The position numbers and the translations under genes are program-made. DNA of 32,000 nt, taken from NCBI GenBank assembly GCA_051954725.1, contig JBQCHK010000027.1, positions 112,269-144,268 of the forward strand, read 5' to 3'. The notes under the pieces are model-generated. The model was not told the origin of the DNA, ran no database searches, and saw only the letters and a program-made list of their open reading frames with translations. The stretch's first letter is position 1. The number at the start of each line of letters is the position of its first letter. Positions 1 through 8,920 of the stretch are shown piece by piece. This stretch comes from Afipia sp. (GTDB lineage Bacteria > Pseudomonadota > Alphaproteobacteria > Rhizobiales > Xanthobacteraceae).

Positions 1-570
1 CGCCGCGAGATCGTTGAACGGGATGACCGTGCAATCCGGCAGCAGCGGGCCGAAACCACCGCGGAAATTGGCATCGTCGGTCAGCGACAGCGAGCCATAG
101 GACAGCCCATGATAGGCGTGGTCGCAATAGACGATGCCCGTCCGTCCGGTGGCGCCACGCGCGAACTTGATAGCGGCCTCGACGCATTCGGTTCCCGAAT
201 TGGCAAAGAACACCTTGTCCAGGTAAGGCACGCGCGCGATCAGACGCTCTGCCAGAATGCCTGCGAGGGTCGACAGATCGAGCTGAACGAGATTGGGCAA
301 CTCGCTGTCCAGGACACTTTTCAAGGCGTCCCGAATCACCGGGTGGTTCCGCCCAACGGCGAACACACCGAAGCCGCTCAAAAGATCGAGATAACGGTCA
401 CCGGTCCGGTCGAACAGATAGGGCCCCTGCCCGCGCTGGAAACCGACATCATATCCGATAGTCTTGAGAACCCGGACAAGCTGTTCGTTCAAATAACGGG
501 TATGAAGAGCATTGCGCTGAAACTGCCGGTCAGCGAACATCTCGGAAATGTCTAGATTTGGCTTCACCAT
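1..570 (-). CDS. hpnO: Class III (fold type I, PLP-dependent) aminotransferase. Only the N-terminal 190 codons are present; the gene continues past the left edge. Probably the hopanoid side-chain aminotransferase HpnO, judged by position.
   Basis: It is absent from the ORF track because it has no stop in the window. Hand translation of the minus strand from ATG (complement of 568-570) gives MVKPNLDISEMFADRQFQRNALHTRYLNEQLVRVLKTIGYDVGFQRGQGPYLFDRTGDRYLDLLSGFGVFAVGRNHPVIRDAL...VFFANSGTECVEAAIKFARGATGRTGIVYCDHAYHGLSYGSLSLTDD. This is the typical N-terminal half of ArgD/GabT/ornithine-aminotransferase-like enzymes. The + ORF 109..555 is its antisense shadow. The hpnO name rests only on adjacency to hpnN and the hpn cluster. 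There is no obvious Shine-Dalgarno before this ATG, so the exact start is uncertain. Confidence 0.8.
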   Translation of the reverse strand, partial: MVKPNLDISEMFADRQFQRNALHTRYLNEQLVRVLKTIGYDVGFQRGQGPYLFDRTGDRYLDLLSGFGVFAVGRNHPVIRDALKSVLDSELPNLVQLDLSTLAGILAERLIARVPYLDKVFFANSGTECVEAAIKFARGATGRTGIVYCDHAYHGLSYGSLSLTDDANFRGGFGPLLPDCTVIPFNDLAA

Positions 571-694
571 GAGCTACATAGTTCGTTTGAGGGGCTGCTA
601 GTCAACCTAAAAAAGTCGCTGTGGCGTTTTGCCCGTTGCCGGAACATCTGGCGGTATATTGGATTTAGTTCGGTTGCGTTGCGCGCGAGGATTC

Positions 695-1264
695 ATGCGG
701 AAAATAGCCTGGTCTGGAATGTTCCTTCTTGCCGCTATCGGCTCTGCCCATGCTGCGGAGCCCATCGGCGAATGGCAGGTCGAGGAAAAGGTCGCCACGA
801 TCAAGATCGTCGACTGCGACAACCATCTTTGGGGGGTCGTAGCGTCCGAGGTCACCCCCGGGATCGACACCAAGAACCCTGACAAGACCAAGCGCGGCCG
901 CCCTACCCTCGGGATGCCGATCCTGCTCGGCATGACCAAATCGACCGAGGAAAAGAACCGCTGGGACGGCAAGATCTACAACGCCAAGGACGGCGAAACC
1001 TACAAGGCCTCCATCACTCTCAAATCGCCGAACTCCCTGCGGGTTGAGGGCTGTTATGTGTGGCCGCTATGCGGTGGCCAGACGTGGACCCGGGTCCCCG
1101 AAGCGTCTCCTCCCGCCGTCGCGACCGCCCCGAAGGCGCCGCCAAAGACTGTCGGCTCAAAGGGCGCGATGCGGAAATCGAACCCGGGCGCGGTCGCCGC
1201 ACCTCAGGAGCCCGCAGTGTCCGAAGTCTGCTCACTCCCCGAGGTCACGGGGACGACCCATTAG
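695..1264 (+). CDS. Secreted DUF2147-family protein with a Pro/Ala-rich C-terminal tail
   Basis: This is the in-frame part of ORF 629..1264. I moved the start to ATG 695 (GAGGA at 687-691), so the product begins MRKIAWSGMFLLAAIGSAHA/AEP, a classic Sec signal peptide. The mature part shows the DUF2147 pattern as I remember it: GEW near the N-terminus, then W-D-G-K-I-Y-N-A-K-D-G-E-T-Y, then L-R-V-E-G, then GGQTWTRV. The last ~40 aa are low complexity (PPAVATAPKAPPK...). The 3' end overlaps the 3' end of hpnN by 33 nt (1232-1264). Confidence 0.85.
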   Translation: MRKIAWSGMFLLAAIGSAHAAEPIGEWQVEEKVATIKIVDCDNHLWGVVASEVTPGIDTKNPDKTKRGRPTLGMPILLGMTKSTEEKNRWDGKIYNAKDGETYKASITLKSPNSLRVEGCYVWPLCGGQTWTRVPEASPPAVATAPKAPPKTVGSKGAMRKSNPGAVAAPQEPAVSEVCSLPEVTGTTH

Positions 1265-3820
1265 CGCCGGCTGAAACAGCACCGCCGCTGCCAGCGTTGT
1301 CACCAGTGACAACGCCATCAGCTTGCCCATGCTCGACGTCCCCGGATGGCTCGACAGCCAGAGGCTGCCGAAAGCGGTCGCCGTGGTCATGGCGCTGAAG
1401 AACACCGCACGGGTCAGGCTGGATTGCAGCAGATCGGTCTGCCCCGCCCGCCACGCCGTGACGTAGTAGATCTTGAACGCCACGCCGACACCGAGCAGCA
1501 ATGGCAGCGCGATGATATTGGCGAAGTTCAATGGCATGCCGATCAGCACGCAGATTTCCAGCGTCACCACGCCGGCCAGAATGAGCGGCACCAGCGTCAG
1601 CAGCACGTCGCCGATCCGGCGCAGGACGATGTAGAGCAAGATCGAGATCGAGAGCAGCGCCCAGCCGCCGGCCTGAATAAAGGCCAGCACGATGGTTCGT
1701 CCGGATTCGAGAATCGAAATCGGGCCGCCGGTTGCAGTGGGCTCGACCTTCTGAACCGCAGCCGCGAACCTGCGCAGCGTATCGTTGTCGTTCGGATCGC
1801 CCTTGGGCTGGGCTTCGACACGGGCGCGTCCGTCCGCGGTGATCCAGTCATCCGCCAGTGACTTCGGCAGATTCTGTTCGGTGATGGTCTGCGCTTTGAG
1901 CGAGTCCTGCACCTGCCCGAAGAGCACGTGCATCGGCGTCAGGAAAACCGCGGCCACCTTATCGCGCAACGCCTTGTCGGATTGCGCGAGCTTGAGCAAT
2001 TGCTCCGCAAGCCGGTTCATCGCGGCGGCCGTTTCGGCGCTTGATTTCGGAGCCATGCGCCACAGCGTTTCGGACGCGTGCGTCAAGGCGACGACGTTGT
2101 CGGCATCGGTGGCCGGATCGCCCGGTTTCGCCTTGAAGATAGGCTCGAGCTGCGCCGCCGCCTTCTTGATGATCGCAAGCTTGGCGGGCTGATCTTCAGG
2201 AATGAAATTCTCCAGCGATATCGTGCGTGCGACCTCCGGCACCTTCGACAGCCGCTCCTGGACCTGCCTGGCCTGCGCCAGCGACGGCACCAGCACGCTG
2301 ACGGCATTGGTTCCGGTATTCGGATCGCGCCGCAGGTCGAGATAGGTCGCAACCGACTCCACCTTCGGGCTGCGAAGGTTCATCGGATTGAAGTCGAAGT
2401 GCAGGAAGTAGAGCAACGGCAATCCGAGGGTCGCAAGGCCCAGCGTAGCGGCGATGATCGGTACCCGCCGCCGCTCGAGGAAACGGTCCACCGGCGCGAG
2501 GAACGCGTAACCGAGCGGCTCCTTCTCACCCGGCGGATTGAACAGCTTGAGGAGCGCGGGCAGCACCGTGATCGCGCACAGAAACGCGAGGAGCATGCCG
2601 GCACCGGCAATCTTGCCCAGTTCGGAAACACCCTCGTAGGCCGTGGGCAGGAACGACAGAAAGCCCGCCGCGGTCGCAACGGCTGCCAGGGTCAACGGGA
2701 TCGCGGAATATTCAGCGGCCTTTTCGATAGCGGATTGCAACCCACCATTCGCATGGCGCTCTGATCGATAGCGCACGCTGTACTGGATTCCGAAATCCAC
2801 CCCGAGTCCCACGAACAGGACGAAGAACGCGATCGATATGAGGTTGAATGCGCCGACCAGCATCAGGGCCACAGCCGTCGTGATCGACAGACCGATCGCC
2901 AGCGTGATGAACACGGCCGTGATGATCTTTGGCGATTTGAGCGCCATCCAGAGAATTCCGAGAACGATCAGAACCGTAATGAACCCGTTGAGGGCGGCTC
3001 CCTCCTTCACGGTTCCGAATTCATCGTTCGCGATCGGCACCGGCCCGGTCAGCCGGACCCGGGCACCGTACTTGCCGGCAAGGTCAGCATCGATGGCAGC
3101 CTGCCGGATCGCATCGGTCGCGACCTTTCCGGGTTCAAGCGCCTGAAAGTCGAGGACCGGCCTGATCGTGATCAGCGTCCGCTTGTCCGAGGCGCTGAGC
3201 GGTTCCTGGCTGGTCAGCGCCCGCCAGGAGAAGGTTCCCGCGCCCGTCGTCATAACCTGGTCGATGCTGTCGGCGACCATGTTAAGGGGCCGTGTCAGCG
3301 CCTCGCGCGGAAAACGCCCCTTCTCGGCCGCTGACAGGCTGAACTCCAGAACGCCGGTCAGCCCCCGCAGGCTGGGGTCATCGACCAGAATGTCGAAAAA
3401 CGGCGCCGCCTGGGTCATCTGGCCGACCTGCTGGGCGACTTCCTGGGTTGGCAGGAACAAAAGTCCGTTATTGGCGAAGAACGGCCCGTCCGTCGGGCGA
3501 TGGACCGACAGGAACTTGTCGGTTTGCGGGAGCAGCTTTTTTTCCAGCGCAGCACCGGCGAGATGGGCAAATTCGGGGGTCGGAGCCTCAACGACCGCCA
3601 AAATCAAGTCATGGCTGCCCGGAAATGCCTTTTCGTAGGCTATTTCACGCTGGCGCCAGTCAATATTTGGAGAAATCAGGGTCGCGACGTCAGTATTGAT
3701 CGCAAAGTGCCGTGCAGAATAGACCCCCGCCAGAACCGCCAATAATACGCCAAAAGCTACAGTTAGCCATGCAAAACGCGTACAGGTTCTAACCAGGGAA
3801 ACAATGGTCCTTGTCAGCAC
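1232..3820 (-). CDS. hpnN: RND/MMPL-family hopanoid transporter HpnN
   Basis: 862-aa ORF with a GTG start (complement of 3818-3820). The N-terminus MLTRTIVSLVRTCTRFAWLTVAFGVLLAVLAGVYSARHFAINTDV matches my memory of HpnN. The architecture is two blocks of roughly six hydrophobic helices separated by two large soluble loops, typical of RND/MMPL exporters. It lies inside an hpn cluster. Confidence 0.93.
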   Translation of the reverse strand: MLTRTIVSLVRTCTRFAWLTVAFGVLLAVLAGVYSARHFAINTDVATLISPNIDWRQREIAYEKAFPGSHDLILAVVEAPTPEFAHLAGAALEKKLLPQTDKFLSVHRPTDGPFFANNGLLFLPTQEVAQQVGQMTQAAPFFDILVDDPSLRGLTGVLEFSLSAAEKGRFPREALTRPLNMVADSIDQVMTTGAGTFSWRALTSQEPLSASDKRTLITIRPVLDFQALEPGKVATDAIRQAAIDADLAGKYGARVRLTGPVPIANDEFGTVKEGAALNGFITVLIVLGILWMALKSPKIITAVFITLAIGLSITTAVALMLVGAFNLISIAFFVLFVGLGVDFGIQYSVRYRSERHANGGLQSAIEKAAEYSAIPLTLAAVATAAGFLSFLPTAYEGVSELGKIAGAGMLLAFLCAITVLPALLKLFNPPGEKEPLGYAFLAPVDRFLERRRVPIIAATLGLATLGLPLLYFLHFDFNPMNLRSPKVESVATYLDLRRDPNTGTNAVSVLVPSLAQARQVQERLSKVPEVARTISLENFIPEDQPAKLAIIKKAAAQLEPIFKAKPGDPATDADNVVALTHASETLWRMAPKSSAETAAAMNRLAEQLLKLAQSDKALRDKVAAVFLTPMHVLFGQVQDSLKAQTITEQNLPKSLADDWITADGRARVEAQPKGDPNDNDTLRRFAAAVQKVEPTATGGPISILESGRTIVLAFIQAGGWALLSISILLYIVLRRIGDVLLTLVPLILAGVVTLEICVLIGMPLNFANIIALPLLLGVGVAFKIYYVTAWRAGQTDLLQSSLTRAVFFSAMTTATAFGSLWLSSHPGTSSMGKLMALSLVTTLAAAVLFQPALMGRPRDLGE

Positions 3821-4032
3821 AGTTTTTCTTTCTATTTGAGGCAGTCGGCGCAGGAAAAAGTGGCCGTTTTGAAGTTTCGTGAGTTAACTCTGGGCGGAGC
3901 AACCGGTGCCCTTAAGTCACAGAATAGTGGCAAAAGGCTAGTGGTAGCTGAGAATTACTGCTCAATAGCGGCCATAATGCTACACTGCGGTATGTTCACG
4001 TCTTGTTCTAATGTCGCACTGGAAGACCTCGT

Positions 4033-5949
4033 ATGACCTCATCGACCCCATTGCTCGACAAAATCAAATCTCCTTCTGATCTTCGTGCTCTGAAAGAGAG
4101 TGATTTGCCGCAAGTTGCGGCAGAGCTGCGCGCCGAGACGATCAATGCTGTCGCTGTCACCGGTGGACATCTGGGTTCGGGGCTCGGCGTTGTCGAGCTG
4201 ACCGTGGCACTGCATCATGTTTTTAATACGCCATCCGATCGCGTGATCTGGGATGTCGGCCATCAGGCCTACCCCCACAAGATTCTGACCAACCGGCGCG
4301 ACCGCATCCGCACTCTGCGTCAGGGTGGCGGGTTGTCCGGATTCACCAAGCGCGCTGAGAGCGAATACGACTGTTTTGGCGCGGCTCACTCCTCGACATC
4401 CATCTCGGCTGGCCTCGGCATGGCCGTCGCACGTGATCTTGCCGGCGAGAAACGCAACATCGTGGCTGTGATCGGCGATGGCGCGATGTCGGCTGGCATG
4501 GCGTATGAAGCGATGAACAATGCCGGAGCGATGGATTCGCGCCTCATTGTGATCCTCAACGACAACGAGATGTCGATCGCACCGCCGGTCGGCGCGATGT
4601 CGGCCTATCTCGCCCGACTGCTTTCCGGCCGGACCTATCGCTCATTGCGCGAAATCGGCAAGCAGGTCGCCAAGCGGTTGCCGAAGTTCGTCGAAAAAGG
4701 CGCACAGCGCGCCGAGGACTATGCCCGCGGCTTCCTGTCGGGAGGCACCCTGTTCGAGGAACTGGGTTTCTACTATGTCGGCCCGATCGATGGACATAAC
4801 CTCGATCATCTGCTGCCCGTCCTCAAGAACGTGCGCGACTCCGAACAGGGCCCGATCCTGGTTCACGTCGTCACCGAAAAGGGCAAGGGTTACACCCACG
4901 CCGAAACCGCTGCCGACAAGTATCACGGCGTGGTCAAGTTCGACGTCGCGACCGGCAAGCAGGCCAAGGCTCAGGCCAATGCCCCCGCCTACACCAAGGT
5001 TTTCGGCAACGCGCTCGTGAAGGAAGCCGAGAAGGACGACAAGATCGTCGGCATCACGGCGGCCATGCCATCCGGCACCGGCATCGACATCTTCGGCAAG
5101 GCCTTCCCAAATCGCACCTTCGACGTAGGCATTGCCGAGCAGCATGCGGTGACGTTCGCGGCAGGTCTTGCGACCGAAGGCATCAAGCCGTTCGTCGCGA
5201 TCTATTCGACCTTCCTGCAGCGCGCCTATGACCAGGTGGTGCATGACGTCGCGATCCAGAAACTGCCGGTCCGTTTCGTGATCGACCGGGCCGGTCTGGT
5301 CGGTGCGGACGGCCCCACCCATGCCGGTTCGTTCGACCTCGCCTATCTTGGCTGCCTTCCGGGCTTTGTTCTGATGGCGGCGGCCGACGAGGCCGAACTG
5401 ATGCACATGGTCGCCACTGCGGTCGCGATTGACGATCGCCCGTCGGCGTTCCGCTTCCCGCGTGGCGACGGTGTCGGCGTCGACCTTCCGGCGATGGGCC
5501 TGCCGCTCGAGATCGGCAAAGGCCGGATCGTGCGCGAAGGCAGCTCGGTGGCCCTGCTCTCTCTCGGCACCCGTCTCGCCGAATGTCTCAAGGCGGCCGA
5601 CATGCTGAAGGCGCACGGCCTCACCACCACGGTTGCCGACGCGCGCTTTGCCAAGCCGATCGATACCGATCTGGTGTTGCGGCTGGCGCGCGAGCACGAA
5701 GTGCTTGTGACGGTTGAGGAAGGCTCGATCGGCGGGTTCGGCGCACAGGTCCTGCACACGCTGGCCGAGGCCGGCGCCCTCGACCGCGGCCTCAAGGTCC
5801 GCTCGATGGTACTGCCCGATACTTTCATCGATCAGGACAGCCCGGCTGCGATGTACGCCAAGGCCGGTCTCGATGCGAAGGGGATCGTGACCCGCGTGTT
5901 CGAGGCGCTCGGCCGCGATGCCAGCATCAGCGCGGTGCAGCTTGCTTGA
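4033..5949 (+). CDS. dxs: 1-deoxy-D-xylulose-5-phosphate synthase (TPP-dependent)
   Basis: 638 aa. The N-terminus is [16 protein letters not shown]. Other hallmarks are [18 protein letters not shown] and the TPP-binding motif [18 protein letters not shown]...ILNDN. The C-terminal transketolase-like domains are present (PSGTGIDIF...[18 protein letters not shown]). GGAAGA Shine-Dalgarno at 4021-4026. Confidence 0.97.
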   Translation: MTSSTPLLDKIKSPSDLRALKESDLPQVAAELRAETINAVAVTGGHLGSGLGVVELTVALHHVFNTPSDRVIWDVGHQAYPHKILTNRRDRIRTLRQGGGLSGFTKRAESEYDCFGAAHSSTSISAGLGMAVARDLAGEKRNIVAVIGDGAMSAGMAYEAMNNAGAMDSRLIVILNDNEMSIAPPVGAMSAYLARLLSGRTYRSLREIGKQVAKRLPKFVEKGAQRAEDYARGFLSGGTLFEELGFYYVGPIDGHNLDHLLPVLKNVRDSEQGPILVHVVTEKGKGYTHAETAADKYHGVVKFDVATGKQAKAQANAPAYTKVFGNALVKEAEKDDKIVGITAAMPSGTGIDIFGKAFPNRTFDVGIAEQHAVTFAAGLATEGIKPFVAIYSTFLQRAYDQVVHDVAIQKLPVRFVIDRAGLVGADGPTHAGSFDLAYLGCLPGFVLMAAADEAELMHMVATAVAIDDRPSAFRFPRGDGVGVDLPAMGLPLEIGKGRIVREGSSVALLSLGTRLAECLKAADMLKAHGLTTTVADARFAKPIDTDLVLRLAREHEVLVTVEEGSIGGFGAQVLHTLAEAGALDRGLKVRSMVLPDTFIDQDSPAAMYAKAGLDAKGIVTRVFEALGRDASISAVQLA

Positions 5950-5959
5950 TCAGACTCCC

Positions 5960-6907
5960 ATGAAAGTTCTGCTCGCGCAGCCGAGAGGTTTCTGCGCGGG
6001 CGTCGTGCGCGCCATCGAGATCGTGGAGCGCGCGCTGGAGAAGTATGGCCCGCCGGTCTACGTGCGGCATGAGATCGTGCACAACAAGTACGTGGTCGAA
6101 ACCCTCAAGGCCAAGGGTGCCATTTTCGTCGAGGACCTGCACGAGGTGCCCGCCAACGCCATCACGGTGTTCAGCGCCCACGGCGTGGCCAAGAGCGTCG
6201 AAGAAGAAGCCGCCCGGCGCAACCTTCCGGTCCTCAACGCCACCTGCCCGCTGGTGACCAAGGTCCACAATCAGGGCAAGCGCTACGTCTCCAAGGGGCG
6301 CACCCTGATTCTGATCGGCCACGAGGGCCACCCGGAGGTTGTCGGGACCATGGGACAGGTGACGGGCCCCGTCGTTCTGGTCCAGAGCGTCGAGGATGTC
6401 GCGGCCCTCGACCTGCCGAACGATGCGCCGATCGCCTACATCACCCAGACCACCCTCAGCGTGGACGATACCAAGGACATCATCGCCGCATTGTCAGAGC
6501 GATTCTCGGATCTGGAAGGCCCGGATACCCGCGATATCTGCTATGCGACACAAAATCGCCAGTCTTCGGTACGAGACCTCTCCAAGCTCGTCGATGTCAT
6601 CCTCGTGGTTGGGGCGACCAATAGTTCGAACTCCAACCGCCTGCGGGAAATCGGCACCGAAGTGGGCGTTGCCAGCTACCTCATCGCTGATGGCAGCCAG
6701 CTCAATCCCGAATGGTTGAAGGGCGTGAAAACGGTTGGCATCACCGCGGGCGCGTCCGCGCCGGAAGTGCTTGTCGATGATGTGATTGACGCCTTGCGTC
6801 GAATCGGGCCGGTCACCGTGTCGGTGGTTCCGGGCCGCGAGGAGAATATCGAATTCAGGCTGCCAGCGGAGCTGACGTCAGTCGTCAGGCCCGCTTCACA
6901 CCTTTGA
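5960..6907 (+). CDS. ispH: 4-hydroxy-3-methylbut-2-enyl diphosphate reductase (IspH/LytB)
   Basis: ORF 5918..6907, trimmed to ATG 5960 so the product begins [23 protein letters not shown], the canonical IspH N-terminus. The three cluster cysteines sit in their usual contexts ([26 protein letters not shown]). It starts 10 nt after the dxs stop. The upstream ATG 5918 would overlap dxs by 32 nt and add non-family residues. Confidence 0.96.
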   Translation: MKVLLAQPRGFCAGVVRAIEIVERALEKYGPPVYVRHEIVHNKYVVETLKAKGAIFVEDLHEVPANAITVFSAHGVAKSVEEEAARRNLPVLNATCPLVTKVHNQGKRYVSKGRTLILIGHEGHPEVVGTMGQVTGPVVLVQSVEDVAALDLPNDAPIAYITQTTLSVDDTKDIIAALSERFSDLEGPDTRDICYATQNRQSSVRDLSKLVDVILVVGATNSSNSNRLREIGTEVGVASYLIADGSQLNPEWLKGVKTVGITAGASAPEVLVDDVIDALRRIGPVTVSVVPGREENIEFRLPAELTSVVRPASHL

Positions 6908-6926
6908 TTGAGAAAGTCGCTCGTTC

Positions 6927-8102
6927 ATGGCCATACCGTTTTTCAAAGAGATCAAGATCGGCTCCTATCTGGTGAAGCAGAAGCTTCTCGGGCGGAAACG
7001 CTATCCGCTGGTGCTGATGCTCGAGCCGCTGTTTCGCTGCAACCTGGCTTGTGCCGGCTGCGGCAAGATCGATTATCCCGATGCGATCCTCAACCGCCGC
7101 ATGTCCGCCCAGGAATGCTGGGACGCGGCCGATGAGTGCGGCGCGCCGATGGTGGCGATCCCGGGCGGCGAGCCGCTGATCCACAAGGAGATCGGCGAGA
7201 TCGTGCGCGGCCTCGTGGCACGCAAGAAGTTCGTCTCGCTCTGCACCAACGCGCTGCTGCTGGAAAAGAAGCTCGACCTGTTCGAGCCTTCGCCGTACCT
7301 GTTCTTCTCGATCCATCTCGACGGCCTGAAGGATCACCACGACCAGTCGGTGTGCCAGACTGGCGTGTTCGATCGCGCCGTGTCCGCGATCAAGGCTGCG
7401 AAGGCGCGGGGCTTCACGGTCAACGTCAACGCGACGATCTTCGACAACCACCCGGCTGAAGAGATCGCCAAATTCCTCGACTTCTGTCAGGAGCTCGGCG
7501 TCGGCGTATCGATGTCGCCCGGCTACGCCTACGAGCGCGCACCGGATCAGGAGCACTTCCTCAACCGCCGCAAGACCAAGGAATTGTTCCGCCGCGTGTT
7601 CGAGCTCGGCAAGGGCAAGAAGTGGAATTTCATGCACTCCGGCCTGTTCCTCGACTTCCTGGCCGGCAACCAGAACTTCCATTGCGAGCCGTGGGGCATG
7701 CCTGCCCGCAACATCTTCGGCTGGCAGAAGCCCTGCTATCTGCTTGGCGAAGGCTATACCAAGACCTTCAAGGAGCTGATGGAAACCACCGACTGGGATT
7801 CCTACGGCACCGGCAAGTACGAGAAGTGCGCGAACTGCATGGCGCATTGCGGCTACGAACCGACGGCGGCGAATGCCGCGATCACCAACCCGTTCAAGGC
7901 GCTGAAAGTTGCTTTGCTCGGCATCAAGACCGAAGGACCGATGGCGCCGGAGATCGATCTCAGCAACCAGCGCCCGGCGCAGTACGTGTTCTCATCGGAA
8001 GTGCAGAAGCGCCTCTCCGAGATTCGCACCGACGAAGCGCGCGAGAAGGCGGCGAAGGCTGCGGCCAAGGCAAACGCCCAGAGCGCGACCACCGCCGCCT
8101 GA
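6927..8102 (+). CDS. hpnH: Adenosylhopane synthase, radical SAM protein HpnH
   Basis: 391 aa. The N-terminus MAIPFFKEIKIGSYLVKQKLLGRKRYPLVLMLEPLFRCNLACAGCGKIDYP carries the radical SAM CxxxCxxC motif and matches my memory of HpnH. It starts 19 nt after ispH. It has a Lys/Ala-rich C-terminal tail. Confidence 0.93.
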   Translation: MAIPFFKEIKIGSYLVKQKLLGRKRYPLVLMLEPLFRCNLACAGCGKIDYPDAILNRRMSAQECWDAADECGAPMVAIPGGEPLIHKEIGEIVRGLVARKKFVSLCTNALLLEKKLDLFEPSPYLFFSIHLDGLKDHHDQSVCQTGVFDRAVSAIKAAKARGFTVNVNATIFDNHPAEEIAKFLDFCQELGVGVSMSPGYAYERAPDQEHFLNRRKTKELFRRVFELGKGKKWNFMHSGLFLDFLAGNQNFHCEPWGMPARNIFGWQKPCYLLGEGYTKTFKELMETTDWDSYGTGKYEKCANCMAHCGYEPTAANAAITNPFKALKVALLGIKTEGPMAPEIDLSNQRPAQYVFSSEVQKRLSEIRTDEAREKAAKAAAKANAQSATTAA

Positions 8103-8121
8103 GCCTCGGCATATCGAGAAT

Positions 8122-8155
8122 AAAAAGGCGCGATCCTGATCGCGCCTTTTGTTTT
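8122..8155. terminator. Bidirectional rho-independent terminator shared by the convergent genes hpnH and hpnG
   Basis: The sequence is AAAAA-GGCGCGA-tcctga-TCGCGCC-TTTTGTTTT. The 7-9 bp GC stem spans 8127-8146. An A-tract lies 5' and a T-tract 3', so each strand reads as a hairpin followed by a U-run. It lies 20 nt after the hpnH stop and about 50 nt after the hpnG stop. Confidence 0.8.
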
Positions 8156-8197
8156 GCCTGTTTGGCTTCGGTGGCCGGAAAAACTGCGGGCGCTCGG

Positions 8198-8920
8198 TTA
8201 CGCCTCGGCCGGCGCGAAATCCCCGCTGCCATCCAGCAACCCGCGAACGCCGCGCAGGCTGCGCAGGGCTCGCTTGAAGTCGCGACCGCTGGAGACGAGG
8301 GCCCGAATGTCCGAGGGCTTGCGTGCGATGCCGCGCATGACCTTCCAGATGTCGATATTGCCATTCGGCTTGAGCGCGGCGGCCGCGAGTTCGGGCAGCG
8401 CACGATGGGCAGGATCACTGATCACGCGCACAGCGGCGAACGGGAGATTATGACGGGATGCGTAGCGCGCAGCGATGTGGCTTTCCATATCGACCGCAGC
8501 GGCGCCTGTGGTCGCGCGCAGCGCCGCCTTGCCGACTTGCCCAAGCACGACTTCCTCGACGCCCACCAGAATGCCCGGCACGATCCGATGCGGGCCGCGC
8601 TGTGGCAGTGAAACGAGTTTATCGCTGAGGGCAGCAACGGTCGACCAGCGCTCGCTGGCCGTCACCACCTCGGTCGCAATCATGATGTCGCCGGACCGCA
8701 ACGCGGGATCGAGCCCGCCGGCCACGCCGAAGCTGACGATGCCCCGCACGCTGGCAGGGTCAAACGTCGTCATCATCTCGCGCAACTGTACGGGATTGCT
8801 GCTGCTGCAGACGACCGTCAGCCCCGGCCCTGCCGCGATCTGCGCTTCCTGCCTCAGGCCGGTCACAATCAGAACCGGCAAACCATCGTGTGCGGCGTCC
8901 CCGCCTGCCCCGATAATCAC
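8198..8920 (-). CDS. hpnG: Hopanoid-associated phosphorylase/nucleosidase HpnG (PNP/UDP family)
   Basis: 240 aa with a GTG start. The start overlaps the shc stop (GTGA, 8917-8920). Motifs include VLIVTGLRQEAQIA...SFGVAGGL...VDMESHIAA, consistent with an MTA/SAH-nucleosidase-like fold. It sits directly downstream of shc, as in known hpn clusters. Confidence 0.88.
   Translation of the reverse strand: MIIGAGGDAAHDGLPVLIVTGLRQEAQIAAGPGLTVVCSSSNPVQLREMMTTFDPASVRGIVSFGVAGGLDPALRSGDIMIATEVVTASERWSTVAALSDKLVSLPQRGPHRIVPGILVGVEEVVLGQVGKAALRATTGAAAVDMESHIAARYASRHNLPFAAVRVISDPAHRALPELAAAALKPNGNIDIWKVMRGIARKPSDIRALVSSGRDFKRALRSLRGVRGLLDGSGDFAPAEA

Noticed and set aside
109-555. A + strand 148-aa ORF at the left edge
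   Set aside because: It is the antisense shadow of the class III aminotransferase, whose minus-strand translation shows clear family motifs. The + strand product has none.
579-676. A direct repeat TAGTTCGTTTG (579-589) / TAGTTCGGTTG (666-676) in the hpnO/DUF2147 divergent region
   Set aside because: It is an 11-mer with one mismatch in a 124-nt region. My rough estimate puts chance occurrence at several percent. It matches no known operator consensus and conservation cannot be tested here. It is worth a look only if conserved in relatives.
641-680. GGAAC at 641-645 upstream of the DUF2147 gene, considered as a second EcfG promoter
   Set aside because: The positions 16-17 nt downstream read GATT/ATTT rather than CGTT. 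The nearest GTT-containing match needs a 21-nt spacer.
3836-4036. A 66-aa ORF in the hpnN/dxs intergenic region whose stop overlaps the dxs ATG (ATGA)
   Set aside because: It has a TTG start without a Shine-Dalgarno and lies in the low-GC noncoding-looking segment. Its composition is unlike the neighbouring genes and it has no recognisable motif. The overlap with the dxs start is most simply coincidental. Only ribosome profiling could revive it as a leader peptide.
4642-5757. Long antisense or off-frame ORFs: 4642..5757 -, 6885..7847 -, 7622..8611 +, 9532..11028 +, 15520..16476 +, 16950..17987 +, 18056..19153 -, 24576..25694 +, 25800..26984 +, 28886..29665 - and similar
   Set aside because: All lie fully inside well-supported genes on the other strand or in another frame. 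They are strongly Arg/Gly/Pro/His-biased, as expected for shadow ORFs in high-GC DNA, and carry no family motifs.
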